50,879 nucleotides of DNA from Candidatus Binatia bacterium (GTDB taxonomy: Bacteria > Desulfobacterota > Binatia > HRBIN30), in contig JBBRSP010000038.1 of assembly GCA_038245295.1 (NCBI GenBank), forward strand, positions 1 to 50,879, given 5' to 3'. Positions 39,730 to 48,361 of the stretch are shown piece after piece. The position numbers and the translations under genes are program-made. Each line of letters starts with the position of its first letter. Position 1 is the first letter of the stretch. A model generated the notes under the pieces. It was not told where the DNA came from. It saw nothing but the letters and a program-made list of their open reading frames with translations, and ran no database searches.

Positions 39730-40647
39730 ATGGCGATGGAAATTGGTGAGTTCATCGAAGTAGCCGGGGCGCTGACAAAACCCTTTCGTGTGACCAACGG
39801 CAAACGCTTTCGCCTCAAGGATTTCGATCCGGCGGACACGTTGGGCTACGGCAGTGAGGATAAACCTCGCGCCAAGGAAGCGCTGGCGATGGGGGTCGAA
39901 GCGCTGTCGGAGCTGCAGGACATGCTCTACGCCCAGGACCGCTGGGGAGTGCTCATGATCCTGCAGGCGATGGACGCAGCAGGCAAGGACGGTACCATCA
40001 GTCACGTCATGTCCGGCGTCAATCCGCAGGGCTGCGAGGTCACCTCCTTCAAAACACCATCCGCCGAAGAGCTCGATCACGACTTCCTGTGGCGTTGCAT
40101 GAAGCGCGTCCCCGAACGCGGCCGTATCGGTATCTTCAACCGCAGTTACTACGAAGAGACGCTGGCCGTGCGTGTGCATCCGGAGTTTCTGCAGAACCAA
40201 AAGCTGCCGCCTCAGCTGATCACCAAATCGATCTGGGACGAGCGCCATCAGGATATCCGTGGCTTCGAGCGTTACCTGTCGCGTAACGGCATCGTTGTCC
40301 GTAAGTTCTTCCTCAACGTCTCGAAGGCCGAACAGAAAAGGCGCTTTCTCGAGCGCCTCGACAACCCAGAAAAAAATTGGAAGTTCTCCGCCAACGACGC
40401 CAAGGAACGCAAGTTTTGGGACGACTACATGAAGGCCTACGAGGACTTGATTCGCCAGACCGCCACCGAGGCCTCGCCCTGGTATGTCGTGCCGGCCGAC
40501 AATAAGTGGTTCACGCGCCTCGTCGTGGCCGCCGCCATCGTCGAGACGTTGGGCTCGCTGAACCTCCACTATCCAAAGGTCAGCAAAGAAGCACGCAAGG
40601 AGCTCGACGCCGCCAAGCGGGCGCTACTGGGCGATAAGAAGGGGTAG
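39730..40647 (+). CDS. ppk2: polyphosphate kinase 2 family (class III-like)
   Basis: QAMDAAGKDG Walker A, FNRSYYE, PWYVVPADNKW; RBS AAGGAGG. Confidence 0.93.
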   Translation: MAMEIGEFIEVAGALTKPFRVTNGKRFRLKDFDPADTLGYGSEDKPRAKEALAMGVEALSELQDMLYAQDRWGVLMILQAMDAAGKDGTISHVMSGVNPQGCEVTSFKTPSAEELDHDFLWRCMKRVPERGRIGIFNRSYYEETLAVRVHPEFLQNQKLPPQLITKSIWDERHQDIRGFERYLSRNGIVVRKFFLNVSKAEQKRRFLERLDNPEKNWKFSANDAKERKFWDDYMKAYEDLIRQTATEASPWYVVPADNKWFTRLVVAAAIVETLGSLNLHYPKVSKEARKELDAAKRALLGDKKG

Positions 40648-40784
40648 ATCGCCAAGGCGGCCCTCGAACGGTAAATGCCGACTTTCCCGTTGGACCGGTT
40701 AAGGCTAGCACCGGCCTGAGCATGCCGAGAACAACCGGGGCGAGCACGCGGCGGCGGCTTCGCTTCGCTGCACAAATCGCTTCG

Positions 40785-42242
40785 ATGAGAGTGCTGCCGT
40801 GCCTTCCGGCGGCGCTGTGCCTCTGTGTGCTGGGTGGCATCGCCATGGCGGCTCCCGGGGGCGGAGGCGAATCGGTGTTCCCGCCATCGCTGGAGAGCTA
40901 CGGTGACGCGCACTTCACCGGGTTGTGGAGCGTGCTGCAAAATCGCGTTGCCAAACAGCCGTTGAATCTCTGGGCTTCGCTCCTCTTTTTCGCAGCGATC
41001 CTGCATACCTTCTTCGCCAGCCGGTTCCTTGCCTGGGCGCATACGCTGCAAGAACGCGCCACCTTGGGACACGCCAGTGCCAGGGCGCGGTTGCTGCATT
41101 TTCTCGGTGAGGTCGAGGTCGTCTTCGGGATATGGTGTGTACCGCTCTTCGCGCTTCTCGCCGCGAAAATCGGCTGGGAGCCGGCGGTCGACTATCTCGG
41201 TCACCGTGTGAGCTACGTCGAGCCGGTGTTTGTGGTGGTCATCATGGCCATCGCGTCGACGCGTCCGGTGATGCAACTGGCGGAGCGCGGCCTGCGCTTC
41301 GTCGCCCAACTCGGCGGTGGCGGAACGGCGGCGTGGTGGTTGACGATCCTGACGCTGGGCCCGATCCTCGGATCATTGATCACCGAGCCGGCGGCGATGA
41401 CCATCGCGGCGCTACTGCTGGCGAAGCAATTCTATGTGCGCCAGCCATCGCCGCGCCTCGCCTATGCGACGCTGGGGCTTCTCTTCGTCAACATCTCCGT
41501 CGGCGGTTCGCTGACGCATTTTGCCGCTCCGCCGGTATTGATGGTGGCCGCGGCGTGGAATTGGTCGACGGCGTTTATGTTCATCCACTTCGGACTCGCC
41601 GCGATGACCGGGATCTGTCTCTCCAACGGGCTCTACTATTTCGCGCTGCGGAAAGAGTTTGCGCAGATGGCCGCGGCGCCGGCGGCGGACACGGCAGCGG
41701 CGGAAGCGCCGGTGCCATTCTGGGTGACCGGCACACATCTGGGTTTCATCTCGTGGACCGTGTTGAACGCCCACTATCCGCCGCTGCTCATCGGTGGCTT
41801 CCTGTTCTTCCTGGCGTTCTACGAGATCACGCGCGAGTATCAGAGTGAGTTCCACTTGCGCTCGCCGCTCTTGGTCGGATTCTTCCTCGCCGGCCTCGTC
41901 GTCCACGGCGGACTACAGCGTTGGTGGATCGAGCCCCTGCTGTCGCGCCTGTCGGACGTGCCATTGCTGCTAGGCGCCACCGTCCTGACCGCGTTCAATG
42001 ACAACGCCGCGATTACCTATCTGGCCACGTTGGTGCCGGGCCTGACTGAGCCGCTGAAACACGCCGTGGTCGCAGGGGCGCTTGCCGGCGGCGGCCTGAC
42101 CGTCATCGCCAACGCGCCGAACCCGGCAGGGCAATCCATCCTGTCACGCCATTTCCCGGATGGCGTCGAACCGATCGGATTGTTGAAGGGAGCCCTCCCG
42201 GCGACCATCATCATGGTCGTGTGCTTCCTCTGCGCGCGCTGA
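40785..42242 (+). CDS. putative Na+/H+ antiporter (DUF1504-like)
   Basis: HFLGEVEVVFGIW, GSLITEPAAMT, NISVGGSLTHFAAPPVLMVA, TAFNDNAAITYL, GGGLTVIANAPNPAG. Confidence 0.85.
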   Translation: MRVLPCLPAALCLCVLGGIAMAAPGGGGESVFPPSLESYGDAHFTGLWSVLQNRVAKQPLNLWASLLFFAAILHTFFASRFLAWAHTLQERATLGHASARARLLHFLGEVEVVFGIWCVPLFALLAAKIGWEPAVDYLGHRVSYVEPVFVVVIMAIASTRPVMQLAERGLRFVAQLGGGGTAAWWLTILTLGPILGSLITEPAAMTIAALLLAKQFYVRQPSPRLAYATLGLLFVNISVGGSLTHFAAPPVLMVAAAWNWSTAFMFIHFGLAAMTGICLSNGLYYFALRKEFAQMAAAPAADTAAAEAPVPFWVTGTHLGFISWTVLNAHYPPLLIGGFLFFLAFYEITREYQSEFHLRSPLLVGFFLAGLVVHGGLQRWWIEPLLSRLSDVPLLLGATVLTAFNDNAAITYLATLVPGLTEPLKHAVVAGALAGGGLTVIANAPNPAGQSILSRHFPDGVEPIGLLKGALPATIIMVVCFLCAR

Positions 42243-42248
42243 ATCAAC

Positions 42249-42272
42249 GTAGGGGCGGTTCGAGAACCGCCC
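42249..42272 (+). repeat. GTAG-type REP
   Basis: GTAGGGGCGGTTCGAGAACCGCCC, 6 nt after the antiporter stop. Confidence 0.7.
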
Positions 42273-42518
42273 GGTGATCCGGCGGCGCGGAGCGCCTCGA
42301 CGTCTCGAAGCGCTGGACATTCTCCAGAGAAACGAGCTCCTCGGGCATGAAGGTGTGCTATCCAGGCGGAAACTGGCGGCTGGAGAATATCAGGCACAGC
42401 TCGGACCGGAGGGGAATAAAATGACTCGTTCTTTCGGAGTTCTCGTCAACCTGCTCGCGGGGCTTGGACTGCAAGCCTCCAAGATCACCAAGGTCCGCCC
42501 CTGATGGCTGTCGACGCT

Positions 42519-43442
42519 ATGTACGACCTCATCGGCGATATCCACGGCTACGCCGATGAGCTGGTCCCACTGCTGGAGACGCTCGGTTACCGTCGGGACG
42601 ATGGGGTTTACTCCCATCCCGACCGCAAAGTGATCTTCCTCGGCGACTTCATCGATCGCGGACCGAAGATTCGCGAGGTGTTGGAGATCGCCCAGCCGAT
42701 GATCGAGCAGGGGAAGGCCCTGGCCGTCATGGGCAACCACGAGCTCAACGCCCTAGCCTACCACACCGAAGATCCGGCGGCGCGCGGCGAATTCCTGCGC
42801 CGTCACACGGCCAAGAATCAGAAGCAGCACCGTCGGACCGTCGAGCAATTGAAGCCGGAAGATCTGGCGTCCTACCTGGAGTGGTTTCGCACCCTGCCGC
42901 TGTGGCTCGACCTCGACGGCTTGCGCGTCGTGCACGCCTGCTGGGACGAACGCGCCATGGCCAGCATCAACGCGGTGCATACGGGCGACACGATCACGAC
43001 GAGCTTTCTGCGTTCGGCTTGTCGCGACGAGCAGCCGTTGTTCGGTCCGGTTGAAGTTCTTCTCAAGGGCAAGGAAGCGCCGCTGCCGCGCGGCCGTTCG
43101 TTCCGCGACCAGGAAGGCCACCGGCGCACCGAGATTCGTACCCGTTGGTATCAGTCGCCCGAAGGGCAAACCTACCGCACGTATGCGTTGCAGTCCGACG
43201 AGGTCACGTGTGACGAGGCCCTCGAGCCGGCCGTCATCGCCGCGGCTGAGCCGTATCCGTCAAACGCCAAGCCCGTGTTCGTCGGCCACTACTGGCTTCT
43301 CGAAGAGAAACCGCAAGTCCTCGCCGATAATCTGGCGTGTCTCGACTACAGTGTCGCCAAAGACGGCTACCTCTGTGCCTATCGCTGGCAGGGCGAGCAG
43401 AAGCTGAGCAACGACAACTTCGTCCGCACCCCACAAGGATGA
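42519..43442 (+). CDS. metallophosphoesterase (ApaH/PrpE-like)
   Basis: IGDIHG, LGDFIDRGP, MGNHE, VHACW, GHYW, CLDYSVAK. Confidence 0.9.
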   Translation: MYDLIGDIHGYADELVPLLETLGYRRDDGVYSHPDRKVIFLGDFIDRGPKIREVLEIAQPMIEQGKALAVMGNHELNALAYHTEDPAARGEFLRRHTAKNQKQHRRTVEQLKPEDLASYLEWFRTLPLWLDLDGLRVVHACWDERAMASINAVHTGDTITTSFLRSACRDEQPLFGPVEVLLKGKEAPLPRGRSFRDQEGHRRTEIRTRWYQSPEGQTYRTYALQSDEVTCDEALEPAVIAAAEPYPSNAKPVFVGHYWLLEEKPQVLADNLACLDYSVAKDGYLCAYRWQGEQKLSNDNFVRTPQG

Positions 43443-43461
43443 CCGGTGGTGTCCACCGCTC

Positions 43462-44772
43462 CTAGGCAACCGGCTTGTCGCGGAACGTAAACTCCGCGAT
43501 CGAGCAGGCGCGCGGCGCACGCGCCCACGGCGATTCCGCCAATGGCTCGTTCGCCGCGTCGATGATGATGTGCCAGGCGCGTTGCGGCTGTGCTCCGCGC
43601 CTTGTAAGCGCCGCCGGATCGAGGCGGCGACAACGCGCTCGCGGGTTGACCGCCGCAATGACGGCGTCGAGGCCGGTGGCCGTCGCGTCGTCGAGAACTT
43701 CGATCCAGCCGCGAGGTGCGGCGTCGACGAGCGCGTCACAATCGTCGACCCAGAATAGGCCGTGTTGGTCGTCGACGAGCTCACAGCCGAAACGGACGTA
43801 CTCGTGTGGCAAAGCCGGGTCGACCTGCAACGTCTTGAGAATCGCTGCCATGTCGTCGCCCGCGATGCCGAGAGCCCGACGGATGCGCTTACCGTAAACG
43901 GGCGCCGCGCCGGCCCAGTGATCACGCGCCACCGTCGCCATCGCCACGTCGCCCCAACGCTGCTGCACGGCGAGATGGCCGGCGCGCACCAGCAGGTGAA
44001 CATCGAGGGCGAACTCTTTGCACTGCGTCACCAGTGCCGCGCGCGACAAGTCCTCGAGCTGCAGAGCAGGAATGAAGGGTCCCGAGTAATCGTCGATGCC
44101 GCCGCCACCGAGTGCCTGATTCGCTGAAAACTTGAACCGACCGGCGCGTGTATCGCGCACGGCGTGAGTCAGCGGATGCTCTTCGACAACTCCGACTTCA
44201 GGCGTGATGCTCACCTGCCAGCGGCACACCGGACCCGTATGTCCCGCCATCAGCGGCGGCCGATGTACCGGGCGGCAGCGGGCTCGGGGGTTGACCTCCA
44301 TCACTGTCGCGTCGAAGGTCGGGTCCTCGATGTCGTGGCACATGCGCTTGATTGCCACCGGGTCGTTGTTGGTGGCGACGGACACCGCGTCGAGAGCGCC
44401 GCAGTAATCGAGCCAGAAGAAACCATCGTCCGCATCAACCAGCTCGAAGCGGAAGTCCATGTACTGATGCGGCGCACCGACGTCGAACTGCAGACCCTTG
44501 AGGATGGCGGCCATGTCGTCACCCTCGATGTGCAGCAGCTGGCGATTGCGTTGATTGAACACCGGGCTGGCACCGCGCCAGGCGTCGATGGCGAAGTCGG
44601 CGGCCGCTGCGGGACCGAAGCGCGTGGCAACGATCGGCATGATCACCCGGCTCTGCACATGGCCAACCAGCATGTACTCGCGACCGAGCCGCGCCAGAGC
44701 GGCGCGAGAGAGGTGAGCGAAGTCGAATTGAGGATCAAAACTGCCGCTGTAATCCGCTCGCCCGTTCTGCAT
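43462..44772 (-). CDS. hypothetical protein made of two homologous halves
   Basis: DYSGxF..LSRAAL..GDDMAAILKxLQxD..ELVD..FWxDxCxAL..VNPRARCR occurs twice; RBS AAGGAG. Confidence 0.82.
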   Translation of the reverse strand: MQNGRADYSGSFDPQFDFAHLSRAALARLGREYMLVGHVQSRVIMPIVATRFGPAAAADFAIDAWRGASPVFNQRNRQLLHIEGDDMAAILKGLQFDVGAPHQYMDFRFELVDADDGFFWLDYCGALDAVSVATNNDPVAIKRMCHDIEDPTFDATVMEVNPRARCRPVHRPPLMAGHTGPVCRWQVSITPEVGVVEEHPLTHAVRDTRAGRFKFSANQALGGGGIDDYSGPFIPALQLEDLSRAALVTQCKEFALDVHLLVRAGHLAVQQRWGDVAMATVARDHWAGAAPVYGKRIRRALGIAGDDMAAILKTLQVDPALPHEYVRFGCELVDDQHGLFWVDDCDALVDAAPRGWIEVLDDATATGLDAVIAAVNPRARCRRLDPAALTRRGAQPQRAWHIIIDAANEPLAESPWARAPRACSIAEFTFRDKPVA

Positions 44773-44830
44773 GTGACGCTCCTTGGTGGGGCGGACACTC
44801 GCACAACCAGTCGGCGAAGCAAATCACGCA

Positions 44831-44907
44831 GCGCGAGCTAAAGCTTGCGCCTACCCATGATCGCCACGCCGGCAGAGGGGCAGGTAGGCGCACGCTTCAG
44901 CCTGCGG
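44831..44907. repeat. pair of GTAGGCGCA-type REPs in opposite orientation
   Basis: 44831-44854 (reverse: GTAGGCGCAAGCTTTAGCTCGCGC) and 44884-44907 (GTAGGCGCACGCTTCAGCCTGCGG). Confidence 0.7.
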
Positions 44908-44935
44908 AGCTGATACGTGTAGACCCTAGATGGGC

Positions 44936-46429
44936 TTACGCGGCCGTAGCCGTGGCCGCCGGCTCGCGCACCGGGTTCTCGAACAGAAGCGCTCCGTCTT
45001 CGAGCGCCCCGAAGCGAATCATCTTCTTGTCGCGCGAGTAGTTCTGCGGATTGAGCCAGGGCTCGCGGTCGCCCTGCTTCGGAAAGCGATGCATCATGCG
45101 TTGCATGTAGCCGGCCGAGAAGCCGTCGATCCACGGGCGTGCGGGCATGTTGTGATCGCTGTCACGCAAGTGCGGCGTTACCTGGCGCGTGCCGGTTTCG
45201 TCCATGTGATTGAGAAGCCGGCAGATGTACTCCGATGTCAAGTCGGCGCGCAGCGTCCACGACGCGTTGATGTAGCCAAAGGTGCACACCAGATTCGGCA
45301 CATCCGAATACATCATGCCTTTGTAGGTCCAGGTCTGTGAGAAATTGACCGGCTTGTCGTCGACGACAAACTGCATCTCACCAAGCACGACCAGGTTGAG
45401 GCCGGTGGCCGTCACGATGATGTCGGCGGCGAGCTCCTTGCCGGATTTCAGTCGGATGCCGGTCTCGGTAAAGCGATCGATGTGATCGGTGACGACTTCG
45501 GCTTTGCCGGAGCGGATGGCCTTGAAGAGGTCACTATTCGGGACCAGACACAGGCGCTGATCCCATGGGTTGTATGTAGGCGTGAAGTGGGTGGCGACGT
45601 CGTAGTCGGGCCCGAGCTCTTTCTGCACGAGCTCGAGCAGCTTCGCTTTGACCTGCTCCGGGTGTGTGCGTGTGCGCCCATAGAGGAACTGTTGCATCGT
45701 GACATTCTTCCAGCGTGTGATCGCATAGGCCCACTTCTCCGGCAGCACGCGGCGTAGGAAGTTGGCGATCATGTCTCTATCGGGGCGCGATACGACGTAG
45801 GTCGGCGAGCGTTGCAGCATGACGATGTGCTCGACGTCACGCGCCATCGCCGGCACAAGCGTCATCGCCGTAGCGCCGGAACCGATGACGACGACTTTCT
45901 TGCCGCGGTAGTCGAGATCCTGCGGCCACTGCTGCGGGTGCACGATCGTGCCGCGGAAGCTGTCGCGCCCTTCGAACTCCGGCGTAAACCCCTGCTTGTA
46001 GCTGTAATAGCCGGCGCATAGGACGAGGAAGTTGCATCGAAAGCGGACGCTGTTGCCCGTATCGGTCTGCACAGCTTCGACGGTCCAGCTCGCGTCGCTG
46101 CTCGACCACGTTGCGCTGTTAGCGCGGTGTCCGGAGCGAATGTGTTTGTCGACGTCGTATTCCGCCGCCGTCTCCTTCAGATACTTCAGGATCGAGCTGC
46201 CGTCGGCGATGGCTTTGGCCTCGCGCCACGGTTTGAAGCGGTAGCCGAGCGTGTGCATGTCGCTGTCGGAACGGATGCCGGGATAACGGAAGAGATCCCA
46301 GGTGCCGCCCAGGGACTGCCGTCCCTCGAGGATCAGGTAGCTCTTGCCCGGGCAGTTCTCGTGAAGATGCACGGCGGTGCCGATGCCGGAGATGCCGGCT
46401 CCGATGATGAGGACGTCAATCTGTTCCAC
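44936..46429 (-). CDS. ethA: EthA-like Baeyer-Villiger flavin monooxygenase
   Basis: GAGISG, GGTWDLFRYPGIRSDSDM, FRGTIVHPQQW fingerprint, GSGATA, PWDQRLC, ATGL. Confidence 0.9.
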   Translation of the reverse strand: MEQIDVLIIGAGISGIGTAVHLHENCPGKSYLILEGRQSLGGTWDLFRYPGIRSDSDMHTLGYRFKPWREAKAIADGSSILKYLKETAAEYDVDKHIRSGHRANSATWSSSDASWTVEAVQTDTGNSVRFRCNFLVLCAGYYSYKQGFTPEFEGRDSFRGTIVHPQQWPQDLDYRGKKVVVIGSGATAMTLVPAMARDVEHIVMLQRSPTYVVSRPDRDMIANFLRRVLPEKWAYAITRWKNVTMQQFLYGRTRTHPEQVKAKLLELVQKELGPDYDVATHFTPTYNPWDQRLCLVPNSDLFKAIRSGKAEVVTDHIDRFTETGIRLKSGKELAADIIVTATGLNLVVLGEMQFVVDDKPVNFSQTWTYKGMMYSDVPNLVCTFGYINASWTLRADLTSEYICRLLNHMDETGTRQVTPHLRDSDHNMPARPWIDGFSAGYMQRMMHRFPKQGDREPWLNPQNYSRDKKMIRFGALEDGALLFENPVREPAATATAA

Positions 46430-46705
46430 GCTGCCGTTCTGACAGAGCGCGCGGGCTGCGGAAAGTAGGGGCCTGGCACCTGGGCTCGGCGGATTCCGGC
46501 TCCGCCGGCGTCCCTCTAGGCGGTGGTTTGAAGTTTACGGTATGAACTGCGCCGATGCGCGGCACCACTGCGTCGCTTCCGACAATCTCGCCTCTACCGC
46601 CCCGAGTAGGCTGGCACCTGCCTTGGGTCGGTGCCGTATTCTGTCACCCTGACATGTCATCGTGAGACTCCCCCTCCGTTGGCAAGAGATCAGGATTCAA
46701 GGCGA

Positions 46706-47761
46706 TCAGCCAGACAGACGTGCCGCCAGCGCCTGGTGTGCGGCGTTTGGCAGCAGGCACGTCGTGCCCATGCGGGGGCCGCGGCGTTGGTGCAGCGCCT
46801 GCACACGCTTGGCCGCGTCGGCGAGCCGTTGACGTGGCAGCTCGCCGCGGCGTACGGCGCGTTTGATCGTCTCGGCGGTTTCGACCGCCTTGTCGAGATC
46901 GTTGCAAACCAGAACACAGTCGGCGCCGGCGGCGAGGGCTTGTACCGCCGCCGAACCAATCGACTGGTGTGCCGCGATGGCGCGCATCTCCATGTCGTCG
47001 GTGGCGATGACACCGTAGAAGCCCAAGTCGCGGCGCAAGAGGGCGGTCAGAATGAGCGGCGACAACGTCGCCGGTCTTTGTACATCGAGTGCCGTGAAGA
47101 CGACGTGGGCCGACATCAACATCGGAATGCCGGCGGCAATTGCGGCGCGGAACGGTACGAGCTCGGTGCGCTCGAGTTCGTCACGCGAGCGGCCGACCGT
47201 CGGCAATTCGAGATGCGAGTCGGTCGCCGTGTCGCCGTGACCGGGGAAGTGTTTACCGCACACCAGTACACCGCCGGCCTCGAGACCATTTGCCATGGCG
47301 AGCGCGAAGCGACTCACAGTCTCCGGGTCGGCCGAGTAGGATCGATCGCCAATCACCGGGTTCTGTGGGTTCGAGTAGACGTCGAGCACCGGCGCGTAGC
47401 TGAGATCGATGCCGACGGACGTCAGCTCGCGGCCCATCGCCAAGCCCACCTGGAATGCCTGCTCCGGGTCGTCACACGCGCCGACCTTGGCCGCCGGTGG
47501 GAAGTGAGTGAATGGTGCGCCGAGACGTTGAACCCGCCCGCCCTCGTGATCAATCGATACCAACGGCTGCGACGGTAGAGCATGCAGCGCCGCACACAAC
47601 TCGGCCACCGCGTCCGGCGTGCCGACATTGCGGCGGAAGAGGATGATGCAACCGGGGGCGATCGCTTCGAGGATCTGACGCGTCGGCGCATCGAGCGTGG
47701 TTCCCGGCAACCCAACGGTCAGAACCTGGCCGACCAACCCGCGTAGTGTGGCGCCCGCCAT
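46706..47761 (-). CDS. nagZ: beta-N-acetylhexosaminidase (GH3)
   Basis: IDHEGGRVQR, APVLD, KHFPGHGDTATDSH, ATDDMEM. Confidence 0.93.
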   Translation of the reverse strand: MAGATLRGLVGQVLTVGLPGTTLDAPTRQILEAIAPGCIILFRRNVGTPDAVAELCAALHALPSQPLVSIDHEGGRVQRLGAPFTHFPPAAKVGACDDPEQAFQVGLAMGRELTSVGIDLSYAPVLDVYSNPQNPVIGDRSYSADPETVSRFALAMANGLEAGGVLVCGKHFPGHGDTATDSHLELPTVGRSRDELERTELVPFRAAIAAGIPMLMSAHVVFTALDVQRPATLSPLILTALLRRDLGFYGVIATDDMEMRAIAAHQSIGSAAVQALAAGADCVLVCNDLDKAVETAETIKRAVRRGELPRQRLADAAKRVQALHQRRGPRMGTTCLLPNAAHQALAARLSG

Positions 47762-47768
47762 GCAAGGC

Positions 47769-48074
47769 TCAGATAGCGATGAGCAGCTCGTCGCCTTCGA
47801 CCTTGAGGTCGAAGCGGTCGACGTTGCATTCTGAGTCTTCGAGACATTCGCCTGACGTCACGTCGTAGGCCCAGCCGTGCCACGGGCAGAGGACACACTT
47901 GCCGTCGATCTCGCCCTCGTGCAGCGGCCCGCCCCGATGCTTGCAAATATTGTCGATGGCGTAGAACGCTCCGTCGATCTTGAACAAGGCGATCTGCCGC
48001 CCGTTGATCTCGACAAGCTTGCTCTGCCCCTCTTGGACTTCCGAAACGGCTGCCGCCCGCACAAAATTCCCCAT
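47769..48074 (-). CDS. Rieske [2Fe-2S] ferredoxin (NirD-like size)
   Basis: CKHRGG ... CPWHG motifs. Confidence 0.92.
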   Translation of the reverse strand: MGNFVRAAAVSEVQEGQSKLVEINGRQIALFKIDGAFYAIDNICKHRGGPLHEGEIDGKCVLCPWHGWAYDVTSGECLEDSECNVDRFDLKVEGDELLIAI

Positions 48075-48312
48075 CACCCACTTCCTTCCATTGCCGCACC
48101 GCTAGCTACCGACGGGCGCGGGCGAATGCAAATCGCGCCGGCCGTACAAGCGGCGCCGAGCGTTACAAACGGGAAAACTGTTGTCATTTTGGCGAACTTC
48201 GGGGACGCCCCAAAGGCTCGCGGGATGTCCCACCCGGGTGGAGGCCAAAATTCGAAGATCAACCGGCGCCCAGCTCACCGCAGGCTGAATCCACTGCTGA
48301 ATCAAAGAATGG

Positions 48313-48336
48313 GTAGGCGCAGGCTTCAGCCTGCGG
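48313..48336 (+). repeat. GTAGGCGCA-type REP
   Basis: GTAGGCGCAGGCTTCAGCCTGCGG; partial inverted copy CCGCAGGCTGAA at 48278-48289. Confidence 0.7.
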
Positions 48337-48361
48337 CGTGTGGCGATGCGACTTGTGGGGG

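Noticed and set aside
47769..48074. Calling the Rieske protein nirD
   Set aside because: There is no nirB nearby and the full Rieske ligand set is present; kept as a generic ferredoxin.
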